Source of the DNA: Snowella sp.
GTDB taxonomy: Bacteria; Cyanobacteriota; Cyanobacteriia; Cyanobacteriales; Microcystaceae
Direction: 5' to 3'
DNA: 64,000 nt
Assembly (NCBI GenBank): GCA_035285545.1
Contig: JAYKGY010000128.1
Span: 32,001-96,000 of the forward strand
In this document: positions 48,943 to 58,912 of the stretch, one piece after another
Position numbering within the stretch: position 1 is the first letter of the stretch
Layout of the letters: each line of letters opens with the position of its first letter
Translations under genes and position numbers: made by a program
The notes under the pieces: model-generated
Told to the model about the DNA's origin: nothing
What the model saw: the letters and a program-made list of their open reading frames with translations, nothing else
Database searches by the model: none

Positions 48943-49464
48943 ATGTTTAATCGTTCTACCGCCCTCTTGACGGTCTTATTTGCCATTAGCTTTGGGAGTC
49001 GTATGGTCTCGGCTACCCCCCTGGTTTCTCCTTCTGCCTCGGTTCAATCCCCCCAATCTGCCCTTTTTGCTCAAAATCGTCTGATTCGCAAAGATGGCGG
49101 GCCGGATCAGTTAATGAAACAACTCAATCTCACGAGCCAACAACAGCAACAACTGACGGCAATTCGCCAAAAATATCAAGGGCAAATGGAGCAACTCCGG
49201 GAACAGTTACGGAAAAATCAAGCGGAATTACGCACGATGATGGATGGGACAACGCCAGCTAACACCATTACGGCAAAACATGACCAAATTATCGGTTTAC
49301 GTCAACAACTTGATAAACTCCGCTTCCAAAGCATGTTAGAAAGTCGGGAAGTCTTAAACCCCGATCAACGGAAACAATTTGCCCAGATCATGAATCAACG
49401 TCGCGCGAAGATCCGTTCCCGAATGGGCGATCGCTTACCGCCAGATCTAGATACCCAACCCTAG
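48943..49464 (+). CDS. Spy/CpxP-family periplasmic chaperone
   Basis: Signal peptide; LNLTSQQ and VLNPDQR (LTxxQ) motifs. Confidence 0.9.
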   Translation: MFNRSTALLTVLFAISFGSRMVSATPLVSPSASVQSPQSALFAQNRLIRKDGGPDQLMKQLNLTSQQQQQLTAIRQKYQGQMEQLREQLRKNQAELRTMMDGTTPANTITAKHDQIIGLRQQLDKLRFQSMLESREVLNPDQRKQFAQIMNQRRAKIRSRMGDRLPPDLDTQP

Positions 49465-49514
49465 CCAATGCCGGTTAATCCTTTAGTGTCATGATTCAAA
49501 TTCAGCTCGGCCCA

Positions 49515-50279
49515 TTAAATCACCTGAATTTTTAAATCTTGGTAAAACTCATCCTGGGATAGCTCTACTTTGGATTGGGAGGATAACAAGAGTAAGGCCC
49601 AAAAAACCCCGACTTTATCGCGCTTTCCTTCTGTGGGCAAAGGAGCTTGATGTTGATGCCACCAGGTTAAGAGGGTTTCTAATTCAATCCAAGCACAATC
49701 GGGAATAATTTCGGGGAGTTGGGTTTGCAAAAACTGTTCTAATTGCTCGGCCAGTTCAATTAAATTTTCCTGATGGGCGAGTTCGGTAATAATCTGTAAC
49801 GCTTTCCGACGGGATTGGGGGCGCGATCGCTTGGTCGTGGTCTTCGATTCCGTTTTATCAATCTCAACAGCAATTTCTTGGATTTGATCGATCAGTTCCT
49901 GTAGGGTCACGCGACGACGACGCATGGGGGGAGAAGCCGTCCGACGACGTAAATGCTGCTCTAAATTGAGCGGTAATCTCCGTCCGCTAGATTCGTCTAT
50001 CAATTCTTCAAGCAGGGGTAAAACTTCTTCGGGATCTTCTTCCAACGTGTCCAGCGTATCTGCCTTAAATCGCACCAGCATGGAAGCCCACAAAAATGCC
50101 TGTCCCGATCGCGGTAAGTTCCGTTGTTGATAAGCCAAATCAAAGGTTTGAAAAATGCCCAAATCCTGTAAAAAGCGATCTATGACATCAATCACCGACA
50201 CATCCCAAGGATTAATTTCTCCCTGCTCGGCCAAATCAATTAGGGTCGCGATCGCTTCACTGGCGGCGGTTGTCGTCAT
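49515..50279 (-). CDS. scpA: Segregation and condensation protein A
   Basis: GEINPWDV, FLWASMLVRFKA, VTLQELI, FWALLLLS...LSQDEFY. Confidence 0.9.
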   Translation of the reverse strand: MTTTAASEAIATLIDLAEQGEINPWDVSVIDVIDRFLQDLGIFQTFDLAYQQRNLPRSGQAFLWASMLVRFKADTLDTLEEDPEEVLPLLEELIDESSGRRLPLNLEQHLRRRTASPPMRRRRVTLQELIDQIQEIAVEIDKTESKTTTKRSRPQSRRKALQIITELAHQENLIELAEQLEQFLQTQLPEIIPDCAWIELETLLTWWHQHQAPLPTEGKRDKVGVFWALLLLSSQSKVELSQDEFYQDLKIQVI

Positions 50280-50321
50280 AATAAATTACAGTGACCAAAA
50301 GTAGAGAACGTTAACAATCCA

Positions 50322-50963
50322 ATGGTGTCCTTAGCAGATTTACGGTTGAACTATACCCAATCCGGCTTACATGAATCCGATTTAGCCCAAAACCCCTTTG
50401 AGCAATTTCAAAAATGGTTAGATCAGGCGATCGCGGCAGAACTCCCCGAACCCAACGCCATGACCCTAGCGACCCTTTCCGAAGACGGTAAACCAATTGC
50501 TCGGATGGTACTCCTCAAAGGATTAGATGAACAAGGCTTCATCTTTTATACCAATTATGACAGTGCCAAGGGAAAACAGTTAAGTTCAATGAGTACGGCG
50601 GCTTTAGTTTTTTGGTGGGCGGGCTTAGAACGACAAGTGCGGGTAGAAGGAACCGTCGAAAAAGTCTCAGAGGAAGAGTCCGATGCCTATTTTCAGAGCC
50701 GTCCCAGGGCATCTCAGTTAGGCGCTTGGGCTTCCCCCCAAAGTCAAGTCGTAGCCAGTCGAGAGGTATTGGAAGAACGATTAGCTAGGTTTGAAGAAAA
50801 ATTTGCGAATGAAAAAGTTCCCCGTCCGAGTCATTGGGGCGGTTTTCGGGTTATTCCCCACGCGATCGAATTTTGGCAAGGTCGGCCCAGTCGTCTCCAT
50901 GATCGCATTCGGTATGAAATGACCGAAACAGGAGATTGGTTATATCAACGTCTTGCGCCTTAA
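50322..50963 (+). CDS. pdxH: Pyridoxamine 5'-phosphate oxidase
   Basis: EPNAMTLAT, RMVLLK, RQVRVEG, EFWQGRPSRLHDR, RLAP. Confidence 0.97.
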   Translation: MVSLADLRLNYTQSGLHESDLAQNPFEQFQKWLDQAIAAELPEPNAMTLATLSEDGKPIARMVLLKGLDEQGFIFYTNYDSAKGKQLSSMSTAALVFWWAGLERQVRVEGTVEKVSEEESDAYFQSRPRASQLGAWASPQSQVVASREVLEERLARFEEKFANEKVPRPSHWGGFRVIPHAIEFWQGRPSRLHDRIRYEMTETGDWLYQRLAP

Positions 50964-50970
50964 ATTTAGC
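50869..50970 (+). repeat. Direct repeat copy 1 (pdxH 3' end plus 7 nt)
   Basis: 102 bp, 88/102 identical by manual alignment to 52188-52289. Confidence 0.95.
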
Positions 50971-51037
50971 TTTATTAAGCTATTATTGTATTCCTATGAA
51001 CGTTTAAGAGCTTTCAATCAGGATTGGAGGATTAAGA

Positions 51038-51589
51038 TTGACCGCAGCCGCATACTATGAAAATGAAATAAAATTACTCCAATGGGACGGCTTGCGATCG
51101 CTCTGGAAGGATATTGAGGCACGTCATACCCCTGGCTGGGATTCAGGTAAAGCGTTTGAATACTTAATTTTACGGGCATTTGAGTTAGATGGAGCAGAAG
51201 TAAAATGGCCCTATAGAGTCAAGCTTTTTGGGGAGGAAGTTGAACAAATTGATGGGGTTATTTATTCTGCTGGTTTATCTTGTTTAGTTGAAAGTAAAGA
51301 TTTTGCCGATAAAAACGTTGATATTGCCCCAATAGCTAAACTGCGGAATCAACTTTTACGCCGTCCTGCTAGTACGATTGGAGTAGTCTTTAGTCGAAAA
51401 GGCTTTACTAATCCAGCTATTCGTCTTTCCTATTTCTTCTTTCCCCAAACCATTCTTCTTTGGAATGGGATAGAAATTAAATATGCTTTAGACAACGAGA
51501 AAATCTGTGAGTTATTAACCTTAAAATATCGTGCGTGTGTGGAGTACGGATTACCAGATTACGATGTTAGAGTAGGAGACAAGTCATGA
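51038..51589 (+). CDS. PD-(D/E)XK restriction-endonuclease-like (Mrr-like) protein
   Basis: GKAFE, QIDG, VESKD catalytic motifs and GFT..A; TTG start after GGAGG. Confidence 0.85.
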   Translation: MTAAAYYENEIKLLQWDGLRSLWKDIEARHTPGWDSGKAFEYLILRAFELDGAEVKWPYRVKLFGEEVEQIDGVIYSAGLSCLVESKDFADKNVDIAPIAKLRNQLLRRPASTIGVVFSRKGFTNPAIRLSYFFFPQTILLWNGIEIKYALDNEKICELLTLKYRACVEYGLPDYDVRVGDKS

Positions 51590-52140
51590 TTGCTTATATT
51601 GTTTGTGAAGGAAGTGCCGAGCTACGATTACTGCAACGGATTCTTCCCAGAGAATTATTAAAAGATATCGAAATTGTAGCGGCTGGAGGATTGTTTGCTA
51701 TCAAGTCGCTTGCTCGCTCTTTAGTTGTTCGTAGACAAGTTCCTGTGGCAATTATTTTTAATACAAATTCCGTAGATCCTGATTTAATTCAAGAACGCAT
51801 CAGCAGTATTGAAGAAATCGTAAAAAGTGTGTCTATTGGTACACCTGTTAAAGTAATTCCTGCTGTACCTGCAATAGAAATTATTTTTTTTGAGGATATT
51901 GGGTTGCTATCTTGGTTATTGAAGTATGGCCCCTCACAAACTCAGGAATTGATGAATTTAGCCAAATCTCAACCTGATAAAGCTGTGCGCAAGTTTCGTA
52001 ACACAGCCCAAAGATATGATGAAAATAATGAGTTGTTTAATCAACTTACTGATGATGACCTTGAAGTCATACGTCAAGTACCGTTTATTAAAGAAACTAT
52101 TTATTTTCTTCAGTCTGTAAAAGAAACAGCAAACGTGTAA
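51586..52140 (+). CDS. TOPRIM-like hypothetical protein with degenerate acidic motifs
   Basis: IVCEG, AAGG, hydrophobic strand followed by NTN where DxD is expected; ATGA overlap with the nuclease gene. Confidence 0.6.
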   Translation: MIAYIVCEGSAELRLLQRILPRELLKDIEIVAAGGLFAIKSLARSLVVRRQVPVAIIFNTNSVDPDLIQERISSIEEIVKSVSIGTPVKVIPAVPAIEIIFFEDIGLLSWLLKYGPSQTQELMNLAKSQPDKAVRKFRNTAQRYDENNELFNQLTDDDLEVIRQVPFIKETIYFLQSVKETANV

Positions 52141-52187
52141 TGACGATTTGTGTAGTTTATATTTAAGCTTGCAATAGCCTATAGTTC

Positions 52188-52289
52188 AATTTTGGCAAGG
52201 TCGGCCCAGTCGTCTCTATGATCGCATTCGGTATGAACTCACTGAGAAGGAAAATTGACTGTATCAACGCCTTGCCCCTTAAATTTAGC
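52188..52289 (+). pseudogene. pdxH: Displaced, decayed pdxH 3' fragment (direct repeat copy 2)
   Basis: Translates FWQGRPSRLYDRIRYELTEKEN*LYQRLAP*, with an internal TGG-to-TGA stop. Confidence 0.92.
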
Positions 52290-52326
52290 CATCATTCTAT
52301 AGTAATTGTGAGCTAGCTAAAAGAAG

Positions 52327-52467
52327 TAGAACCTAAGATTTGCAGATTGAAGCGTTTTTTTAAACGGTATCCAATCAGAGACGGAGATTCAGACTACGCT
52401 GGCATCTTGTAGCTGGCATCATCCGTTTCAATCGGTGACTTGTTACTTAATGCATACAAGAGGTCTA
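52327..52467. repeat. Degenerate palindrome-rich element (MITE/REP-like remnant)
   Basis: Hairpins at 52345-52376 and 52378-52429; right end CAAGAGGTCTA resembles cyanobacterial MITE termini as I recall them. Confidence 0.35.
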
Positions 52468-52483
52468 ATCATTTTGACTTTAG

Positions 52484-53650
<1,167 letters not shown>

Positions 53651-53718
53651 TTCTGAAGTTCCGTGATCGTCAAATCTTTTTGATAGAGTGAAAAATATTA
53701 ATAGTTGAAAAAAAGCCT

Positions 53719-54381
53719 ATGACAACCACTTCAGAAGAGGTATGGCGAATCTTAGCAGAATTAGCCACAGCCCAAAAAGAAACAGATCGGCAACTTAAGG
53801 AAACGGAGCGACGACAACAGGAGACAGATCGACAACTCAAAGAAAGCAACCAAGAATTTAACCAACGACTCAAGGAAACGGATCGGCGGCAACAAGAGAC
53901 GGATCGGCAACTCAAAGAAACTGGCCGACAAATTAAAGAATTGGGTAAACAAATCGGCGGATTGGGTGCCAAATTTGGTAGTTTTACCGAAGGTCTGGCT
54001 TTGCCTTCAATGGAAACAATTCTCCGAGAGCGTTTTGGGATGGAAATTATTAGTCCTCGTGTGCGGGCGAGTAAGGCTGGGCAACATTTAGAAATTGATG
54101 TGCTGGCCTACGCTAATGGCGATCTCAATACTGCCTATATTGTGGAAGTAAAAAGTCATCCCAGGGAAGATTCTATTACGCAGCTTCAAAATATTTTGCA
54201 ACGTTTCCGTACTTTTTTTCCTGAACATAAAGACAAGCGACTTTACGGTATTTTAGCGGCTGTTGACTTATCTCCTGAAATACGAGAAAAAATCTTTCAA
54301 GCAGGCTTCTATGTAGCCCGGATTCATGATCAAGTCTTTGAATTGGAGGTTGCTGACAATTTCCAACCTAGAAGTTTTTAA
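53719..54381 (+). CDS. DUF3782-like coiled-coil + PD-(D/E)XK protein
   Basis: (K/Q)ETDRQL heptad repeats, then GSFTEG, EID, VEVK motifs. Confidence 0.85.
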   Translation: MTTTSEEVWRILAELATAQKETDRQLKETERRQQETDRQLKESNQEFNQRLKETDRRQQETDRQLKETGRQIKELGKQIGGLGAKFGSFTEGLALPSMETILRERFGMEIISPRVRASKAGQHLEIDVLAYANGDLNTAYIVEVKSHPREDSITQLQNILQRFRTFFPEHKDKRLYGILAAVDLSPEIREKIFQAGFYVARIHDQVFELEVADNFQPRSF

Positions 54382-54432
54382 GTTTTTGCTATCAAACATG
54401 AGTGGAGTCGCGATCGCGGGGATCGACAATTG

Positions 54433-55533
54433 CTATACCAAAACCGGAATTTCCAGATTAACCGTAACGGCCTGTAACTCCTTAGCTTTATCTTCGGGTA
54501 ACGCATCATTGGCAAACATGCCTGCGGCCAATTCGGTTCCTGCTAAATACTTCAAGCGATCGCTGGTGCGATAGGGCGGATAAAATTGCGCGTGTAAATG
54601 AGCTTCAGGGTAGCTTAATCCATCCGTTGGGGCTTGAAACCAGGCCATTAAATAGGGAAAAGGGCGATTCCAGAGGCCATCGTATTTTAGGGTAACGGTT
54701 TTTAGTGCCCTAGCGAGACTCCACCGTTGTTCATTCGTTAACGCCGAAAAATGACTCACCGGTTGAATGGGGGCAATCCAGACTTCGTAGGGATAGCGGG
54801 CACAGGCAGGAACGAAGGCGATCGCGTCTTTATCTTGATAAATCAGACGTTGATTATCCTCAATTTCCCGTTGAATCAGATCCTGCAATACTCCCCGATG
54901 ATGCTCCTCATAGTAATTTCGCTGAATGGCTAACATCCGAGCCGGAACCGGCGGCACAAACGGATAGGCGTAAATTTGCCCATGAGGATGGTGTAAGGTA
55001 ACCCCCACTTCTACTCCCTTATTTTCAAACGGTAGAACGTATTGAATCTGGGGATAGTTGGCCAACTCACGGGTGCGATCGCCCCAAACCTGTAACAACA
55101 GATCGAGATGATCAACCGCCAAAGAACTCAACGAAGCCTGGGCATCCTGGGTAAAGACCACCACCTCACAGGCTCCATTAGCCGGTAGCGTTTCCACAAT
55201 CGAATGGGGCGGATGATGGGCCGTCGGAATCATTGAGGGAAAGCGATTATCAAACACGGCGACATCGTACTGACCCTGGGGTAATTCCGTCGGAAACTCA
55301 GGGTTGTGGGTGGGAGCTAGGGGATTATATTCGGGCGGCGGTAAAAAAGTTCGCCCTTGACGATGACTGGCATAGGCCACCCATTCCCCCCGTAGGGGAT
55401 GCCAGCGCAAGTGGGGATTGGCTTGAACTGGCTCATGGCTAGGACTCGGAGCCTGAAGGTGATTGGCAATGGGAGCGCGACTATAGAGGGTCAACTTTCG
55501 CCCATCGGGTTTTAACAGTTGGTGGGAGTACAT
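54433..55533 (-). CDS. galT: Galactose-1-phosphate uridylyltransferase
   Basis: RWHPLRGEWV, FDNRFP, FENKG, HPHGQ, KYLAGTE. Confidence 0.93.
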   Translation of the reverse strand: MYSHQLLKPDGRKLTLYSRAPIANHLQAPSPSHEPVQANPHLRWHPLRGEWVAYASHRQGRTFLPPPEYNPLAPTHNPEFPTELPQGQYDVAVFDNRFPSMIPTAHHPPHSIVETLPANGACEVVVFTQDAQASLSSLAVDHLDLLLQVWGDRTRELANYPQIQYVLPFENKGVEVGVTLHHPHGQIYAYPFVPPVPARMLAIQRNYYEEHHRGVLQDLIQREIEDNQRLIYQDKDAIAFVPACARYPYEVWIAPIQPVSHFSALTNEQRWSLARALKTVTLKYDGLWNRPFPYLMAWFQAPTDGLSYPEAHLHAQFYPPYRTSDRLKYLAGTELAAGMFANDALPEDKAKELQAVTVNLEIPVLV

Positions 55534-57371
55534 AATCCTTGTCCTATGAGAGTGGCAGCTCGGATGGCTTCAATGGGAAATTTGGGCGTGCGATCGCTGT
55601 ACAGTAAACCGTTGGCTTCTTGGAAGGTATCGGTCAGTTGGGTATAACAAAAACCACTAAAGAGTTCGATATGGTTCACCGCTTCAATCAAGGCCGCATA
55701 CTTACTTTCGAGTTCGGCGACGGTCAAACAGTTATCATAGCCCCATGCCTGGTGAGCATCCGGCTGATCGGAAGGAACATAGGCAATTCCCCCAAACTCT
55801 GTCAGCATAATCGGTTGACCCTGATGGGGATAATTATCGAGCGTTAAAATCCGTCCCCCTGGTCGTCGTCGTTCAAACAGGTCAGAAATTTTAATATCGG
55901 GTCGATAGCGGTGGGCCAATAGCTCTGGTTTACGCTCGTAGTCGTGAATCGCCAGAATATCCGTATTGGTACTTTCCCAACCATCATTGCCAATCACGGG
56001 GCGAGTGGGGTCGAGGGTTTTGGTGAGGTGGTACATGGCCAAAACATAGTTACGATGGGCCGGTGTTTCCACGAGGTTCGGCACCCCCCAGGATTCATTA
56101 AAGGGAACCCAAGCCACAATGCAGGGATGGCTAATATCGCGCTTAATGATTTCCGTCCATTCATGGGTCATCCGTTCTACGGCTTTGGGGGTAAAGCGAT
56201 AGGCACTGGGCATTTCTTCCCAAACCAGTAATCCTAAGACATCAGCCCAATATAAAAAGCGGGGGTCTTCAATTTTTTGGTGTTTGCGAACGCCGTTAAA
56301 TCCCATTGCTTTGACCAGTTCCACATCCCGTCGTAGGGCATCATCATCCGGCGGTGTCATTAAGGTATCGGGCCAATAACCTTGATCCAAGACCAAGCGC
56401 AGATAATACGGACGACCATTCAACATAAAGCGATCGCGCTGAATACTAACGGTTCGCAGGGCAGTATAGGACTCCACTTCATCGAGCAATTGATCCTGAT
56501 ACCCCAGTTGAATATGAGCTTGGATTAGCGTCGGTTTTTCAGGACTCCAGAGTAAATCATTGCGACAATCATCAATACCCGGATCTCCCAAGGCAATGCG
56601 ACGGCTGATTTCTCCGCTATAAACCTCGTAGGTATCGCACGCTAAGGTGACACCATCCACACTCAATTTAATTTTGATCTGCACCCCAGAACTCGGAATA
56701 TTTCCTGCTAAACCTGCTTCAAAGCCAATTTCCCAGCGTTCACAATCGGGAATCCAACGCAACTGCCCTAAATAGGTATTACCAACCCGTTCTAGCCACA
56801 CCGTTTGCCAAATACCACTGGTTCGCGGATACCAAATACTGTGGGGATTTAACTGCCAATCCTGTTTTCCACGCGGTTTTGCCAAATCTTGGGGATCATC
56901 CTGGGCCCAAACCGTAACCTTGGTTGTGCCGCTATCGTTTAAGGCATGGGTAATATCGAGGGTAAAGCCAATATGCCCTCCCTCATGTTCTGCAATATAA
57001 ATGTCATTAATCCAAACACGAGCGCGATAATCAACGGCTCCAAAATGTAATAACAAACGTCCATCCCCTGGCGGTGTTTCAAATTCCCGCTCATACCACA
57101 AATTAGAATGGAATCCTTGATCATTAATCCCACTCTCGACGGATTCAGGAGCAAACGGAACCGCTATACGATGAGTCCATTGGGTTACATCTTGGGGTTG
57201 AACGCATTCACCCTGATCGTCATAGGCAAATTTCCAAAGCCCGTTCAAGGTTTGCCAGTCTGTACGTTTTAGTGAGGGACGCGGGTGGGTCGTTTCTTTT
57301 TTCCCTAAAAAGGTTCCCTCTGCTTGAGCAGATAATTCTGATGTACGATTTCTCAAATCCAACAATCTCAT
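55512..57371 (-). CDS. Glycoside hydrolase family 2 (beta-galactosidase/beta-glucuronidase-like)
   Basis: LHFGAVDY, PRGKQ, LDQGYWP, RKHQKIE, FNESWG (acid/base), TEFGG (nucleophile). Confidence 0.93.
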   Translation of the reverse strand: MRLLDLRNRTSELSAQAEGTFLGKKETTHPRPSLKRTDWQTLNGLWKFAYDDQGECVQPQDVTQWTHRIAVPFAPESVESGINDQGFHSNLWYEREFETPPGDGRLLLHFGAVDYRARVWINDIYIAEHEGGHIGFTLDITHALNDSGTTKVTVWAQDDPQDLAKPRGKQDWQLNPHSIWYPRTSGIWQTVWLERVGNTYLGQLRWIPDCERWEIGFEAGLAGNIPSSGVQIKIKLSVDGVTLACDTYEVYSGEISRRIALGDPGIDDCRNDLLWSPEKPTLIQAHIQLGYQDQLLDEVESYTALRTVSIQRDRFMLNGRPYYLRLVLDQGYWPDTLMTPPDDDALRRDVELVKAMGFNGVRKHQKIEDPRFLYWADVLGLLVWEEMPSAYRFTPKAVERMTHEWTEIIKRDISHPCIVAWVPFNESWGVPNLVETPAHRNYVLAMYHLTKTLDPTRPVIGNDGWESTNTDILAIHDYERKPELLAHRYRPDIKISDLFERRRPGGRILTLDNYPHQGQPIMLTEFGGIAYVPSDQPDAHQAWGYDNCLTVAELESKYAALIEAVNHIELFSGFCYTQLTDTFQEANGLLYSDRTPKFPIEAIRAATLIGQGLCTPTNC

Positions 57372-57946
57372 CCAGGTCTTCTCCTGATTCGTGACTCAAT
57401 TTCCCCTGCTATTAATGGGATTAAATCTAACGTATTAACACGATAGACATAGCATGAGATTTATCCCAATCTTTAGCTTTGTTTTTGCTAGTAAAATTGA
57501 TGATTTTTAACAGCAGAGCTTGTTAGTCCCAACGGAAAATTATTGGGAGAGGTTAACTCAATCAATCTGTACCTAGCTCGTGACATTATGGCATATACAT
57601 CATCAATTTATGTTAATTAAAATAGGAAAAAATAAATTTTAGGGGCTATTGATTATCATAGTCTGCCCAATTTAAAGTGACTAAAATAAACGGTTTATTT
57701 GTATAAAATGTTTGATTAAAAAACAGTGAAATTTATGAAATACCCAATCGCAGCTTTTTTTAGATAAATAAGCAACAAAATTTGTCTAGATTAGCAATTC
57801 ATGACAGTCGGGCTTCAGGTTAAGTCATTTCTCCCCTGACCAAGACTTGCTAACGCCTTTTGGGTTAATTTGCTCGTTAATCAGCACTCAATTCTGCTTC
57901 CAGCCATGTTGTAAGATAGGTTAAAATTATTTGACAAAACTTAATA

Positions 57947-58522
57947 ATGACGACAAAACTTATAATGACGCAAAAATTAATCTATTGTTTGTTTTTTGGG
58001 GCTGGTTTAGGAATTTTCAATGCAATTCTTCGATCTCACCAATTTGATTATCAATTCTTAGCGTTAGGGTTATTGATCTTTGCCATTGATCAAGCAAAAA
58101 TGGCTGTTTTAGATTTAAACAACATTGCGATCGCGAAAACTAAAATTCAAGATCCTCGACTTGATCAATTTTATTTCATTACCATTAGCACGATCACGCT
58201 GGAATTAACGGGATTTTATCTCGCGGTCTTTCAATTAGGTTGGGGAATTCTGTTAGTGTTAGGAAGTCAAGTCTGGTTTAATTTATTAGTCAATATTCGC
58301 CTTCAACCTAATGATGTTAACCCGATCCAAAATAAACCGATCTCGGAAAAAGTCGGGGTTTTACTCGCCGATATTGTGGGAATGATCCTAATCGGTGTTT
58401 GGATGATTCCCGTTGCACCGCTAACGATTGTGATTACGCTCTGGACGATCGCGATCGCCTACGCAGGGATTAAACTCTTCCAAGCGATTCAAGTCAAACG
58501 ATCAGTTAATTTAAAAGCCTAA
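57947..58522 (+). CDS. Hypothetical membrane protein
   Basis: 191-aa ORF with about 6 hydrophobic segments. Confidence 0.7.
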   Translation: MTTKLIMTQKLIYCLFFGAGLGIFNAILRSHQFDYQFLALGLLIFAIDQAKMAVLDLNNIAIAKTKIQDPRLDQFYFITISTITLELTGFYLAVFQLGWGILLVLGSQVWFNLLVNIRLQPNDVNPIQNKPISEKVGVLLADIVGMILIGVWMIPVAPLTIVITLWTIAIAYAGIKLFQAIQVKRSVNLKA

Positions 58523-58851
58523 ACCTTGAGAAAAGATAGGGTTTGAGTGGGACGAGCAAATTTAAGCAATAACCAACTATTAACGATTAAACAAAGGGTT
58601 GATAAAGACAGCAAAATAAAGGTAATGGGCGTAATGACACCAATAGAAAACCAAGTCGAAACGTGAAATACCATTAAACCAATAAAGCTAAAGGATAATA
58701 GGGTAGAAAGCATTAAAGATAGCTGACGACGTTGAAAAATAACTAATAAAATGGATTGTAAAGTGGCAATTAGCATTGCGGGAACCAGAAAAGCACAGAT
58801 TGACACACAATGCATTCGAGACATTTCAGAGATAAGCGTTAAGTCGGCCAT
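58519..58851 (-). CDS. Conserved small cyanobacterial membrane protein
   Basis: SR.HCVSICAFLVPA and HV.TWF.IGV motifs; 3 TM segments. Confidence 0.72.
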   Translation of the reverse strand: MADLTLISEMSRMHCVSICAFLVPAMLIATLQSILLVIFQRRQLSLMLSTLLSFSFIGLMVFHVSTWFSIGVITPITFILLSLSTLCLIVNSWLLLKFARPTQTLSFLKV

Positions 58852-58912
58852 TATTTCTATTGAGTATCTAATGAATATTGAAAATTTTAGCTATTATAAT
58901 CCAGAAATTTAG

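Noticed and set aside
50869..52289. Diversity-generating retroelement template/variable repeat pair
   Set aside because: Mismatches are not confined to adenines, many are synonymous, and there is no reverse transcriptase in the window.
52425..52433. GTTTCAATC, resembling the start of a cyanobacterial CRISPR repeat
   Set aside because: Single 9-mer with no second repeat at spacer distance and no cas genes.
53770..53940. Periodic repeats considered as a CRISPR array
   Set aside because: They are degenerate 21-nt coding heptads inside an ORF with no unique spacers.
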